DNA from: a virus
Taxonomy: Duplodnaviria; Caudoviricetes
Strand: one strand, 5' to 3'
IMG/VR virus record: IMGVR_UViG_3300043443_000360
Coordinates: 1-64,000 of that record
Length of the DNA stretch: 64,000 nt
Shown: piece by piece, positions 39,078 through 49,083 of the stretch
How the letters are laid out: every line of letters begins with the position of its first letter
Position numbering within the stretch: position 1 is the stretch's first letter
Translations under genes and position numbers: made by a program
The notes under the pieces: generated by a model
Database searches by the model: none
What the model was told of the DNA's origin: nothing
What the model saw: only the letters and a program-made list of their open reading frames with translations

Positions 39078-40506
39078 TCTTTTGGTTATATGTCTTTTCC
39101 CACAAATCAATATCTTGTTCATCATTTAACAACGGCTGTCCTTTAATATTTAAACTTGTATTAAGCAACATTGGAACACCAGTCTGTAAATAAAATTTAT
39201 TTAAAGTCATCCATAGTCCTCGATGCTGTTCTCTGTTAACTGTTTGAACTCTAGATGTCCCATCTTCGTGAACTACTGATGGTACTTGATTTGGTTTTAA
39301 ACATTTAACAGTATATTGCATATACGGACTATCAAAATCCATATCAAACCATTTTGAGGCATGCTCTTCCATTACCACTGGAGCAAAAGGCCTAAATAGT
39401 TCACGTTTCTTAATCATATTAACCTTATCTTTAATATTTGGATCACGTGGATCTGCTAATATGCTTCTGTTTCCTAGTGCTCGTGGACCATATTCTGCTC
39501 TACCAGTTGCAACAGGTGCAACACCATTTTTTAATATAGCATCTACAATTTGTTGCACGGGATATTCTCCACCTAAATCATATCCTAGGTATGGAGTTTT
39601 CCATTCAATATGCTTGCCATAAAGCGCTGCTGCTGCACCAAGAGAACTACCTGCATCTCCAGGATTTGGCATTATCCAAATCATATCAAACAAAAGCCAT
39701 AGGGATGTGTTTGCTGAAGAGTTTAGTGCACAGCCACCCATAAATACTAAATTCTTTTTATTGGTTAATTCTTTAGCCATACCAACAAATTCCATTAATC
39801 GGCTTTGATAAACTACCTGGACAGCGGCTGCTATATCAAATTTATCCTGTTCTGTTATTGGCATACCCCAGTCATTAATACCCTGATGAAAATTATATTT
39901 TTGTTTTGAATATGATGGAAAATATTCCACAATCTTTTTTAAATATTTATCTGGATCGCCATATGCTGCCATCCCCATCATGATATATTCTTCCTGATTC
40001 GGCATTAGACCTATTAATTGTGTAAATGCAGAATAGAATAAACCAAAACTAATAGGATAATTTTGCTTATATTTTAACTTAATTTTATTACCTTCGCCTA
40101 CCCAAACCGTCGAAGTATTATATTCACCAATTGCATCCAATACTACAATAACAGCATCATTAAAAGGACTAGTATAGTACCCCGCTGCTGCATGTGAATA
40201 GTGGTGCTTAAAAAAGGTTGTAGGAACTCTTTTACCAAACATATTATCGACTATATACTTTGGGTTCCAGTCTCCCTGACCACCCTTTAAAAGTAGTCTG
40301 GAGGCCTTTAGAAGGGGTTTTTCATAGTAGGCTATGCGATCTGGAAAGCCATAAGACAAAGCATTTTTAATTAAACTATCATTCACATACCAGTCATTTT
40401 TTTGTTTGCTATATCTTTCGGCATGGCCAGCAAATAATATTTCTCCGTCTTTAATTAAAGAAACGGAGGCATCATGAGATGTCTCATTAATTCCAAGAAT
40501 TATCAT
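39067..40506 (-). CDS. Carbamoyltransferase (NodU/CmcH family)
   Basis: HDAS, HHYSHAA, DAIGE, GGCALN, PGDAG, EYGPRALGNRS, FRPFAP, LNTSLN. Confidence 0.95.
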   Translation of the reverse strand: MIILGINETSHDASVSLIKDGEILFAGHAERYSKQKNDWYVNDSLIKNALSYGFPDRIAYYEKPLLKASRLLLKGGQGDWNPKYIVDNMFGKRVPTTFFKHHYSHAAAGYYTSPFNDAVIVVLDAIGEYNTSTVWVGEGNKIKLKYKQNYPISFGLFYSAFTQLIGLMPNQEEYIMMGMAAYGDPDKYLKKIVEYFPSYSKQKYNFHQGINDWGMPITEQDKFDIAAAVQVVYQSRLMEFVGMAKELTNKKNLVFMGGCALNSSANTSLWLLFDMIWIMPNPGDAGSSLGAAAALYGKHIEWKTPYLGYDLGGEYPVQQIVDAILKNGVAPVATGRAEYGPRALGNRSILADPRDPNIKDKVNMIKKRELFRPFAPVVMEEHASKWFDMDFDSPYMQYTVKCLKPNQVPSVVHEDGTSRVQTVNREQHRGLWMTLNKFYLQTGVPMLLNTSLNIKGQPLLNDEQDIDLWEKTYNQKIIR

Positions 40507-41171
40507 TCTTGTCCTGTAGAATCTCTTTTAAGTTCTAAAGGTATATTATGATACCAATTTGGAAGGGCATATCTAGGACCTTTTGTTACTGGATATACCT
40601 CATGAACATAAAGAAAATTAGATGGAAAAAATAGTACGCTACCTGCTTTTGGTTTAAACTTAAGATTGGAGTGTCTAAACTCAATCTCCCCACCCTCATA
40701 GTCGTCGTTTAGATAGAGCAATACTGACAAAACTCTGCTACTAATTCCCTGATCTTGATGTGCTGGAAGGTGACCACTTTCATCATATTTCAATAGGTGC
40801 ATTGTATGTTCTCTAGACTTAATATTTTTTTCAGCAAATGGATATAACTCTGTTGTGTAGTGATGCAAAGTTTTATCTAGAGCCCCAAACAATTGTGAAG
40901 ATATGCTTATTTGTTCTTCTCTATACACGTCGTCTAGTGGAATGTGCTCAACTTGTGGTATAAACTTTTGCCAACAAAACATGAGTTTGTTTGCTCCCTC
41001 GCCATAAGTCCATGCAACCCAAGGTTTTACAGATGTTCTAACAGGGGTGTTATCCTCCTGATATCTTTTATCTAATTCTTCAATTTCATTAATTAAAGAT
41101 GCTGGATCTTTTATTACATTTGTGTAATATGCAATTCCAAGATCTAATACTTCAACGTTAAAGTTTGACAA
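40503..41171 (-). CDS. Prolyl-4-hydroxylase-like 2OG-Fe(II) oxygenase
   Basis: HQD, YLNDDYEGGE, HEV...RY. Confidence 0.88.
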   Translation of the reverse strand: MSNFNVEVLDLGIAYYTNVIKDPASLINEIEELDKRYQEDNTPVRTSVKPWVAWTYGEGANKLMFCWQKFIPQVEHIPLDDVYREEQISISSQLFGALDKTLHHYTTELYPFAEKNIKSREHTMHLLKYDESGHLPAHQDQGISSRVLSVLLYLNDDYEGGEIEFRHSNLKFKPKAGSVLFFPSNFLYVHEVYPVTKGPRYALPNWYHNIPLELKRDSTGQE

Positions 41172-41751
41172 GTGGATAATCCTTTGCTCTCCATTTATTT
41201 ATACCAGGATGAAACTCTGGGTCAACATGCTGAGGAAGAGATGTATGCATATATAGTGCAGTGTGTCGATTTCCTCTTTGTACTGTTGTGATTCCATGTA
41301 TATATTCTGTACCAGCACTTGGAAAGAATACTGCGGAGTACTGTTTTGGTTTATATTCAAAACCTTGGTTTGGGAAATAAATAATTCCTCCATCATATTC
41401 GCTTGGATCATTTAAATATATAATAGTACTAAATTCAATCCATGGCTCAGGGCCTTGTGCATCGATGTGGAGATCACCTTTTGTTCCTGGTGCCCAGTTA
41501 GATCCAAATGCTTTAAACACATATATATCATTTTTAAAGCCATTCAAGGCTTTGTGCATGTCATTGGACTTATTGCCATATTTCTTTAATATATCCATTA
41601 CTATTTTGTTATATGGAAATGCTGTTCCACCATATCTATCTTTATAGTATTCGGGATATGGATTGTTTTCGGATGGATTTTTTTGTTCTGCCACAAGTAT
41701 GGCTGCTTCTTCTGGTGTAATAAAATTTTCAATAACCGATATTCTGTTCAT
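41158..41751 (-). CDS. Prolyl-4-hydroxylase-like 2OG-Fe(II) oxygenase
   Basis: HID, YLND..EYDGG, HGI...RH; leaderless start at 41751. Confidence 0.85.
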   Translation of the reverse strand: MNRISVIENFITPEEAAILVAEQKNPSENNPYPEYYKDRYGGTAFPYNKIVMDILKKYGNKSNDMHKALNGFKNDIYVFKAFGSNWAPGTKGDLHIDAQGPEPWIEFSTIIYLNDPSEYDGGIIYFPNQGFEYKPKQYSAVFFPSAGTEYIHGITTVQRGNRHTALYMHTSLPQHVDPEFHPGINKWRAKDYPLVKL

Positions 41752-41758
41752 ATTTATA

Positions 41759-42463
41759 TTATACACCATTCGTTTTTTTAATATAAATATCATAAAAACC
41801 TAGTGGATGAAGGGCTAAAGCATCGACCTCCCAATCATTATTATAATGCAAAAATTCGTTTACCGTCTGGTAGGTTCCATAAGGTTGATCTTCAATTACT
41901 CCATCATAAATAAGATAGTCATTTAAACCAATAATTCCACCATCGTTAATTTTTTTAGATGCTTCAGCCAAAACATTTCTGGTAACATCTCTATCATTTG
42001 TAATATCAATATAAATAAAGTCATATGTCTTGTTTACTGACTTAAGAACAACCTGTGCTTTTCCTTTAATGGTGTTCACATTTCCATGGTAGGCAAACTT
42101 TTCTTTAATGTATTCTTCGTGCGTTTCTGGTATATATAACAACTCGTGCTTCATTCCCTCGCATTGACAAGAACCAAACTTCCTCCACGACCAACATTTT
42201 AGATCTTGATCGTAGCCATCTAATAAATCTGCTTCACTTGCATTACTTGCATCAATGAACATCTTTGCTGAATATCCCCAAGCAACACCAATCTCTAAAT
42301 AACTAATTCCCTTTTGTAAACTTTTGGCATAGTCTTCTCGTGTAGCAAAAATTTTTGCATTTTTTAATTGTGCAGGTCTTATGTTATATGCACTTTCAAT
42401 TTCTTCTAAACCAAACTTCTTTGACTCGCCTGGATTTAAAGGCGCTTTGGGAACTCTTGGCAT
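41759..42463 (-). CDS. Class I SAM methyltransferase (Methyltransf_24-like)
   Basis: LEIGVAWG, DFIYID, GGIIGLNDY. Confidence 0.85.
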   Translation of the reverse strand: MPRVPKAPLNPGESKKFGLEEIESAYNIRPAQLKNAKIFATREDYAKSLQKGISYLEIGVAWGYSAKMFIDASNASEADLLDGYDQDLKCWSWRKFGSCQCEGMKHELLYIPETHEEYIKEKFAYHGNVNTIKGKAQVVLKSVNKTYDFIYIDITNDRDVTRNVLAEASKKINDGGIIGLNDYLIYDGVIEDQPYGTYQTVNEFLHYNNDWEVDALALHPLGFYDIYIKKTNGV

Positions 42464-42667
42464 TTAATGACCTGAATGGCTTCCATCGCATGCAGGAAAT
42501 TTTTTCGACATGCCACATACACATCGTTTTCTACGCTTTAAATTTTCTTCACTTTTTAATATTGTTGTACCATTTTGTAACTTGATACTAACTGATCCAT
42601 CAGAAATACCAATAACTTCTCCAATTATATCTTCATCTATTGCAGATACAATATCGCCATTTTTCAT
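42464..42667 (-). CDS. CDGSH iron-sulfur domain protein
   Basis: CVCGMSKKFPACDGSH. Confidence 0.85.
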   Translation of the reverse strand: MKNGDIVSAIDEDIIGEVIGISDGSVSIKLQNGTTILKSEENLKRRKRCVCGMSKKFPACDGSHSGH

Positions 42668-42711
42668 TTTGGTTCCTTTACCTTAAACCCTTTTGGGCAC
42701 ATATCATTATA

Positions 42712-43383
42712 TCACCAATCGGCCTGGAACTCATTTATTACTTTGTGTGTTTTATTGTAAATCTCTATCATCTCACCTAAATCTGATCGATTAGAAACAA
42801 GACTATTAATTTTATAATATATATCTGGCTTTTTGTCTACAGGTAGAAAATTATTATACCCTGGGTTCCCCTTATCATGCATAATAATTTTTGTCATTGC
42901 TTTCTTTTTTAATGTCTCAATCTGATTGTTGTTGATCTCCACATCAACAACCTTTTGAGAAACTAAACTAATGTTAGTGGTTATTTGTTCAAATGTAAAT
43001 GGTAATATATTTTCAATATTTTGTAACAAGCATTTAGAATAAGCGGCATATTGTTCAAATTGAGCGTCAATCAAAAGAGATAAGTTTGAACTATTATTTT
43101 CGTGTGGCATATTTATACCACCATTAACATTTGTTCCGTATCCACCCATTGTTTTTGTAATAATGGATGATATTAAGTCAATTGGGTTTCTTAAAACAAA
43201 GCATTGTTTGATATCTTTAAAGTTAGCAAGAAGCATGACTGGGCTATGAGACCTAATAATAAATTCATCTTTTAATAAACTTGGATTATACAAATCTTTT
43301 GTATTACCACTTGCTTCAGCAAGGAAAAAATTAAACCAAGCCAGACCTGTTCTTGGTGCAGAGTTTAAAATTATTTTATTCAA
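42712..43383 (-). CDS. Sulfotransferase-like protein
   Basis: NSAPRTG, LRNPIDLISS. Confidence 0.65.
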   Translation of the reverse strand: MNKIILNSAPRTGLAWFNFFLAEASGNTKDLYNPSLLKDEFIIRSHSPVMLLANFKDIKQCFVLRNPIDLISSIITKTMGGYGTNVNGGINMPHENNSSNLSLLIDAQFEQYAAYSKCLLQNIENILPFTFEQITTNISLVSQKVVDVEINNNQIETLKKKAMTKIIMHDKGNPGYNNFLPVDKKPDIYYKINSLVSNRSDLGEMIEIYNKTHKVINEFQADW

Positions 43384-43453
43384 CTTTGTATGCCCTTATT
43401 TTTTTTGCCCTATTTAGTTACCCTCATGATTAGATTAATTTTGTTTAAAACAG

Positions 43454-44194
43454 TCATTGATCTTTTTTCATAAAATCAAATAGTGCCCACTGTGAGGCGG
43501 TATACCTAAGAATACTTCCTTCGATTGCTGTAACCCCGTGACTGTAATGAAGACTTCCAGGAAAAGTAACAATGTCTCCTGTCTTCGGCTTAATCCAATA
43601 GTCATGATTTGGAAAATACAATTCACCACGTCCATAATCATCATTAAGATAAATCAAAATAGACAGATGACCACTCCAAAGATTTGGAAATGTTTTGAGT
43701 TGGTCTTCGTAGGACATGCCCTCATCCCTTGACGGATCATTATTCTCATAATGAATATCCAATATATCTGTGTGTGGATCAAGATATGAGCCTATTGGAT
43801 GTACCATAAGCATACACTCTGCATGTTTTGTCAACTTTTCGTTCCACTTGTCTTCTGCAGCAGCAATCATTCTTGGGCCCAATTCTCTGTGATATTCTTC
43901 ATATTTCTGTTGATTTGGGTTTGAATAATAGTTATTTGCCATATGCAATGGATAGCAATGATCTCGTTCAGTATTTACCTCAAAACTCTGAATAAGGTCA
44001 ATTGCTTCTGTGCATTCAGACTTACTAAAAAAGTTTTCAATAACACGTATATTGTCTATGCCAGTGCCATATTTTTGAGTAAACTTATCCTCAACCAGGT
44101 ACTGATCGTGGTCCTGAAAAAAATATGGGTATCTACCATTTTTATATTTTGAGTCTGGAAACAACTTTTTAACATTTTCATATCTATCTGCCAT
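43454..44194 (-). CDS. Prolyl-4-hydroxylase-like 2OG-Fe(II) oxygenase
   Basis: HTD, YLNDDYGRGE, HGV...RY. Confidence 0.88.
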   Translation of the reverse strand: MADRYENVKKLFPDSKYKNGRYPYFFQDHDQYLVEDKFTQKYGTGIDNIRVIENFFSKSECTEAIDLIQSFEVNTERDHCYPLHMANNYYSNPNQQKYEEYHRELGPRMIAAAEDKWNEKLTKHAECMLMVHPIGSYLDPHTDILDIHYENNDPSRDEGMSYEDQLKTFPNLWSGHLSILIYLNDDYGRGELYFPNHDYWIKPKTGDIVTFPGSLHYSHGVTAIEGSILRYTASQWALFDFMKKDQ

Positions 44195-44230
44195 AACAAG
44201 ATTATACCAGATTATGATATACTCTTAAAT

Positions 44231-44839
44231 ATGAATAAATATCCAAACATTGCACAACGGCAACTCATAAATGCAAAAATTTATAGTAATAGGTGGGATT
44301 GGGCTGCCTCACTGCCTCGAGACTTGGATATTATTGAGGTTGGTGTAGGCTCTGGAGATTATTCGGAGCATATGATAAAAACAATTTCACCCAAAACTTT
44401 AACACTTATTGATCAATATGATCAGTCGGACCCATTTCTTGCCAGGCCAGGACAAAAGCCAAGATTTTATGAAAATGATCATTATAATTTTATTCAAAAT
44501 AAATTTAAAGAATATAAAAACGTAAAGATAATTAAGGATAATTCCGTTAGAGCATTGCCAGAATTAATTAAAACGGGGAAAAGGTTTGATATGATATATG
44601 TTGATGCATCTCATCACTATAAAGATGTATCTCAAGACATCTTAAATGCAAGCAGCCTGCTAAAAGATAGTGGAATTCTTGCTATAAATGATTATGTATA
44701 TGATGTAGAATATGAGCAGTATGGTGTCATACAAGCCACAAATGAGTTTTTGTATAATAATTCAGATTGGTATGTTATTGGTTTTGCTTTAGAAGAAAGA
44801 ATGATGGCTGATATTTACTTGTCTAAGCACCCCCAGTAG
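44231..44839 (+). CDS. Class I SAM methyltransferase, paralogue of 41759
   Basis: IEVGVGSG, DMIYVDASH, NDY; shares QL.NAKI and NEFL..N.DW. Confidence 0.85.
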   Translation: MNKYPNIAQRQLINAKIYSNRWDWAASLPRDLDIIEVGVGSGDYSEHMIKTISPKTLTLIDQYDQSDPFLARPGQKPRFYENDHYNFIQNKFKEYKNVKIIKDNSVRALPELIKTGKRFDMIYVDASHHYKDVSQDILNASSLLKDSGILAINDYVYDVEYEQYGVIQATNEFLYNNSDWYVIGFALEERMMADIYLSKHPQ

Positions 44840-44899
44840 GATTCGAACCTACGGCTTACTGCTTAGAAGGCAGTTACTCTTCCGCTGAGTTATGGAGGT
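44828..44899 (-). tRNA. tRNA-Arg(TCT)
   Basis: ACTGC-CTTCTAA-GCAGT; GTTCGAATC. Confidence 0.92.
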
Positions 44900-44903
44900 A
44901 AAG

Positions 44904-44975
44904 TAGCCCCAACGGGAATCGAACCCGTCTTGCCAGATTGAAAATCTGGAGTCCTAACCGATAGACGATGGAGCC
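44904..44975 (-). tRNA. tRNA-Glu(TTC)
   Basis: CCAGA-TTTTCAA-TCTGG; GTTCGATTC. Confidence 0.92.
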
Positions 44976-45090
44976 AGGACCTAACTTTATTTGCGTCCTA
45001 GTTAGGCTTAGGTATAGAGATGGTGCACCATTCTATAAAGGCTATATGATCGACGCTTTCACGTTACAGGGATAGTTCCTTACGCTTATG

Positions 45091-45161
45091 CAGAGTCTCT
45101 AGGAGTCGAACCTAGGCTTACCGCTTTGGAGACGGTAGTGCTTCCGTAACACTTAGACCCT
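45091..45161 (-). tRNA. tRNA-Trp(CCA)
   Basis: ACCGT-CTCCAAA-GCGGT; GTTCGACTC. Confidence 0.9.
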
Positions 45162-45331
45162 AAATGCCAACCACGACTTTGATTCTTAATCTAAACCATC
45201 CGTTGGCTGTTATACCTAGTTCTCGCTTCATCATCTGATCCATGAGCCTGAACGCTTTCATCAAACGGCTGGAACACGGTAAGTTTCGGTATAACTATCT
45301 TTGTATAGATTGTTCAGATCTATACTCCGAG

Positions 45332-45402
45332 AGCGGATGATGAGAATCGAACTCACCCCTTCTGCTTGGAAGGCAGAGGCACTACCAATATGCAACATCC
45401 GC
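45332..45402 (-). tRNA. tRNA-Gly(TCC)
   Basis: GCGGATG/CATCCGC; TCTGC-CTTCCAA-GCAGA. Confidence 0.92.
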
Positions 45403-45424
45403 AATACTCTATTTAATTATATCG

Positions 45425-45498
45425 TACACCAGGTAGGACTTGAACCTACGATAACCGAATTATGAGTTCGGGGCCTTGACCAACTTGGCTACTGGTGC
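45425..45498 (-). tRNA. tRNA with CAT anticodon (elongator Met or Ile2)
   Basis: CCGAA-CTCATAA-TTCGG; lacks initiator features. Confidence 0.88.
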
Positions 45499-45504
45499 TA
45501 GACC

Positions 45505-45660
45505 CTATGTGTTTGAAACTGATCTTATTCTTTTTTGGCAAGAAATACAGTTGATATAGGTTCTCATTGTAAATGGACAAGATGCCCCATATGTTTCTTT
45601 ATGCCTACAAACAGACTGCTTTAGTAAATTTTTAGTTGTTTGTATAAAAAACTTGATCAT
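45505..45660 (-). CDS. Small Cys/His-rich protein
   Basis: Leaderless after TGCTATAAT; C.H...CP...C..C. Confidence 0.5.
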   Translation of the reverse strand: MIKFFIQTTKNLLKQSVCRHKETYGASCPFTMRTYINCISCQKRIRSVSNT

Positions 45661-45695
45661 ATATAAATTATAGCAGCACATGATATAATTGTCAA

Positions 45696-46268
45696 ATGAC
45701 TGAATTTGAAAAACCATACCATTTTCCATATGTTTTAAAAAATTTTTTAGATCTTAGTGACTGCCCAAAAATCATTAATTTTATTGATGAGACTGTCGAG
45801 GGTAAAAATGATCATGCAAGAAGAAAATTAATTAGATATGGTATAGATTATATGAATGGTCATACTGATCCGCTACCAGATGACGAAATAGGCAATTTAA
45901 TCAAAGACTATTCTTTGAGGGCTGGAAAAATTGTTAAAATTTTATACAATATAGAAGAGGAACTATATCTTTCTACTGTTTGGCTATCTAGACAACAGCC
46001 TGGCGCAAACATAATTAGACACATGGATACTGACTCTGGCTTTCAAAAGCAATACATGTATAGCGGTGTTTTATATTTAAATACACCCCAAAATGGTGGA
46101 GAGATTGTTTTTTCTAGACTAAACTTTTCTTATAAACCAGAAGCGGGAGACTTTATATTCTTTGAGTCTGCTGATAAGCGCTCTATTCATGGAGTAAATG
46201 CTGCAAGTGACTTTAGATACGCTATACCAATTTGGTTTACTACTGATCCAGAATATCGTATGGCTTAA
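45696..46268 (+). CDS. Prolyl-4-hydroxylase-like 2OG-Fe(II) oxygenase
   Basis: HMD, YLN....GGE, HGV...RY. Confidence 0.85.
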   Translation: MTEFEKPYHFPYVLKNFLDLSDCPKIINFIDETVEGKNDHARRKLIRYGIDYMNGHTDPLPDDEIGNLIKDYSLRAGKIVKILYNIEEELYLSTVWLSRQQPGANIIRHMDTDSGFQKQYMYSGVLYLNTPQNGGEIVFSRLNFSYKPEAGDFIFFESADKRSIHGVNAASDFRYAIPIWFTTDPEYRMA

Positions 46269-46662
46269 GATATCTTACTTCATCAATAATTTTATATTTA
46301 AGAGCAATATTAATCATTTCATCAGAATATGAACCTGTTTCTGGAGTGTCTGAAAAGTAAACAACATAGTACATAGATTCATAAACCTTTTTCATTATTG
46401 AACCATTTGCAATTGCTTTCTTCACATTGTCAGTGCGCTTGGCCCCTGGCCTTTTCTTTTCTCCCTCTTTACCACCTTTGCACTCAATATACTCAAATAC
46501 TTCGCCTTGTGCAACAAAGTCTACTTCACAGCCAGTGTTTGCCATATAAACATTCTTTTTTATAGTGGTAAACCCTCTTCTATAAAGATCTTCTAATACC
46601 AATGATTCAAAGTCATCACCAGATTTTTTAGATTCTGACTGAAAGTTTACACTATTAATCAT
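46240..46662 (-). CDS. PD-(D/E)XK restriction-endonuclease-like protein
   Basis: GDDFE...EVDF...IECKG. Confidence 0.75.
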   Translation of the reverse strand: MINSVNFQSESKKSGDDFESLVLEDLYRRGFTTIKKNVYMANTGCEVDFVAQGEVFEYIECKGGKEGEKKRPGAKRTDNVKKAIANGSIMKKVYESMYYVVYFSDTPETGSYSDEMINIALKYKIIDEVRYLKPYDILDQ

Positions 46663-47168
46663 ATGTTAATTGCTTTTTCTTGAGCAGAATTATACAGTTC
46701 CCACGATTTTTCTAAATTATATTCTTGTAGTTTTGCTACCTGATCTTCTTTGTTTGTTTGAATTGTGTATGGTTCAACAAAAACATTTTTTTTATTTAAA
46801 ACATCATTACGTAATGACTCTCTGCCAGTTTTGTTTTTATAGTTTTCTTCATCTAAGTTTAAATTATTAAATAAATTCATTATGAAGTTATCAATATTAC
46901 CAAGAATATCATGTGCTCTATAAATATACTTAGCCTCCAATGCTCTAGACATTGTACTGTTATAATTTAAAATATGAAGTTGTAATGGTTGCCCTGTGTC
47001 TAATAAAGAGATTGTGGATACTGGATCATCGATAATTGCAAGCAATGTCGCATCTTCTGCTTGTGAATTAAATTTAAGTGGAACGTGTGGCACCTGAATT
47101 CGTTGTTCAATATGTGCTTCTGCTAAATTTTTTGCGGGACCAGGAAGGGCAATTAGGTTAAGATTCAT
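46659..47168 (-). CDS. Hypothetical protein (possibly a degenerate sulfotransferase fold)
   Basis: Own TTGACA/TGGTATACT promoter; weak motif remnants only. Confidence 0.5.
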   Translation of the reverse strand: MNLNLIALPGPAKNLAEAHIEQRIQVPHVPLKFNSQAEDATLLAIIDDPVSTISLLDTGQPLQLHILNYNSTMSRALEAKYIYRAHDILGNIDNFIMNLFNNLNLDEENYKNKTGRESLRNDVLNKKNVFVEPYTIQTNKEDQVAKLQEYNLEKSWELYNSAQEKAINI

Positions 47169-47294
47169 AATTATTAGTATACCATTGAAGAATCAAGTAT
47201 GTCAAGGTTATCGGTACACTCTGAGTGGTATAAAATATAAAACCTGATATCTTCTTCGGTTTTATAAGGCAAGACCTTTCCACACAGACATTCT

Positions 47295-47504
47295 TTATTC
47301 ATCACGCTTCCAGTGTAAAAATGATTTAATATAGACTGCTGCATATGCTAAGGCCATTGCTATAAATCCATATTGTTCTGTGGCTAGTGCATAAGCGATC
47401 CATAAGCACTCATTTACACATAATATAAGCCATCCCCAAATAGTTTTACGGCCAACCAGAAATATTCCTGTAACCCCAATAAGGGCCAATATCCAAGACC
47501 ACAT
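47295..47504 (-). CDS. Small PnuC-like membrane protein
   Basis: Three TM helices, WGW...N..LW..Y. Confidence 0.6.
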   Translation of the reverse strand: MWSWILALIGVTGIFLVGRKTIWGWLILCVNECLWIAYALATEQYGFIAMALAYAAVYIKSFLHWKRDE

Positions 47505-47797
47505 TATTTTGAGGAAGCCAAAGCCATTACTGCGTCACATGGACAAATGATAGATTCTGGAAGTTCATGAACCTTAGTGTCAATAACGATTGATGTTTTA
47601 CATTCTGCACACTTATATGTATTTTTCATACATCAATCATACCATAGTTAGGATGCAAGGTCAATAACAAGGTGCTTCTTGCAGACAAGAGACATGAAGT
47701 AGTCTGGCTCTTCTCCAACTAACTGTGTGTAGTCACCTGGACCATCACAATAGTGACATTTATCTTTGGGTCTATTTTCAATCATTATATGATTATA

Positions 47798-48169
47798 TCA
47801 TATACTGCTAAGTTTATTAATTAAAGATTCTGCAGTTTCCTTATCTAAACCCATTAATTCATAACGGGGAAATCCTACTTTGTCGTTTTTATCCCAATAT
47901 TCTGTTCCACTCAAACTTTCAGCAGCATCTCTAAGTTCCCATTTTAACTTATCACGCAAGAGTGTCTGCGCCATCTCTTCGGTTGCACACTTAGCGCTGG
48001 TCCAGTGACTAATAATATATCCATGGTGATATGCAATATAGTATGGTTCTTCTCCATATGACCATACTTTTTCAATGATCCAGTGGCAATCACGGTCTTT
48101 ATGATGATCTTTGTTTACATATTCATACCAAAGATCAGTTAGTTTAGTTATTTCTTCTTCAAGTGTCAT
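47798..48169 (-). CDS. Hypothetical protein
   Basis: HHKDRDCHW motif; overlapping chain of ORFs. Confidence 0.6.
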   Translation of the reverse strand: MTLEEEITKLTDLWYEYVNKDHHKDRDCHWIIEKVWSYGEEPYYIAYHHGYIISHWTSAKCATEEMAQTLLRDKLKWELRDAAESLSGTEYWDKNDKVGFPRYELMGLDKETAESLINKLSSI

Positions 48170-48372
48170 TCAAACATCCTTGCACTAAATAAATTTCTCC
48201 ATGAATGAAACGCCCATCCATTTTTGGTGCGGTAGTAGGTAAGTTCAAATATAGCATACTCAGTCCTTACATGATCAATAACTGTCTTAGTTATGTCTGA
48301 GGTATTATAGAATTTACCCTGCATTGGTCCATTAATTGCTATCATTTTCTTCTCTCCATCCATCAATATCAA
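48166..48372 (-). CDS. Hypothetical protein
   Basis: ORF chain. Confidence 0.45.
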   Translation of the reverse strand: MILMDGEKKMIAINGPMQGKFYNTSDITKTVIDHVRTEYAIFELTYYRTKNGWAFHSWRNLFSARMFE

Positions 48373-48580
48373 CTATATAGTAAGTTCCCCATTTTGCATA
48401 AGGTTTATTAAGAAACCTATACATTACTGAGTGGTATTTATATCGCAAACCCCAGTTTTCATCTTCATCTAGATAGACACACTTAAGTATATGACCTGTT
48501 GCAATATCTCCAGAGATATTTCCGACCCATCGTAATAAAATATTACTAGTCTTCTGATGTTTTATTGAATAGTTTATCAT
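48332..48580 (-). CDS. Hypothetical protein
   Basis: ORF chain. Confidence 0.5.
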   Translation of the reverse strand: MINYSIKHQKTSNILLRWVGNISGDIATGHILKCVYLDEDENWGLRYKYHSVMYRFLNKPYAKWGTYYIVDIDGWREENDSN

Positions 48581-48667
48581 CTTTTGGTACCCACACCTTC
48601 TTTCCATCTTTCCATATAGGCCAATAACCTAGACTACGCCAGTCCATGGACATGATCTTGGCCTCTT

Positions 48668-48877
48668 TCATTGCCACTTCAATGCTAGTATAGAGTCTTT
48701 AAACTCTGGATGTTTAACAATTAACTTTTCTAACTCTTTATTATATTTTCTCTTATTACCATAGTTTCTAGCACGTTCAAGATTTTTAAGTATACTAAGT
48801 GCTTCTCTGCCAAAATCAGGTTTGTTTGACTTAGGAAAAGCATGTGCTGAGGTTGCTTTTGCTCTATTTGACTTCAT
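48668..48877 (-). CDS. Hypothetical basic protein
   Basis: TGATG coupling at 48877. Confidence 0.5.
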   Translation of the reverse strand: MKSNRAKATSAHAFPKSNKPDFGREALSILKNLERARNYGNKRKYNKELEKLIVKHPEFKDSILALKWQ

Positions 48878-49083
48878 CAATATCCCCCTAAACACTCGTT
48901 GCGTGTATGATACAAGCGAATCTTCGTCATAATCTTTTTTGTGGGGGCATTGAGAGGTTCTGAACAAGCAGCACACTCCATATCCCATTCACCGCTAAAG
49001 AAATCATAACGTAGACCCTTGGTTCTATTATACTTCTTGGCAACAAATACTGCAAATGGATCTGGAATTTTTAAATTAATCAC
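48877..49083 (-). CDS. Small zinc-binding protein
   Basis: CAAC...H....C. Confidence 0.55.
   Translation of the reverse strand: MINLKIPDPFAVFVAKKYNRTKGLRYDFFSGEWDMECAACSEPLNAPTKKIMTKIRLYHTRNECLGGY

Noticed and set aside
44976-45331. tmRNA or RNase P RNA in the tRNA-cluster spacers
   Set aside because: No tRNA-like termini/tag frame and no GAGGAAAGUCC signature; kept only as unknown structured RNA.
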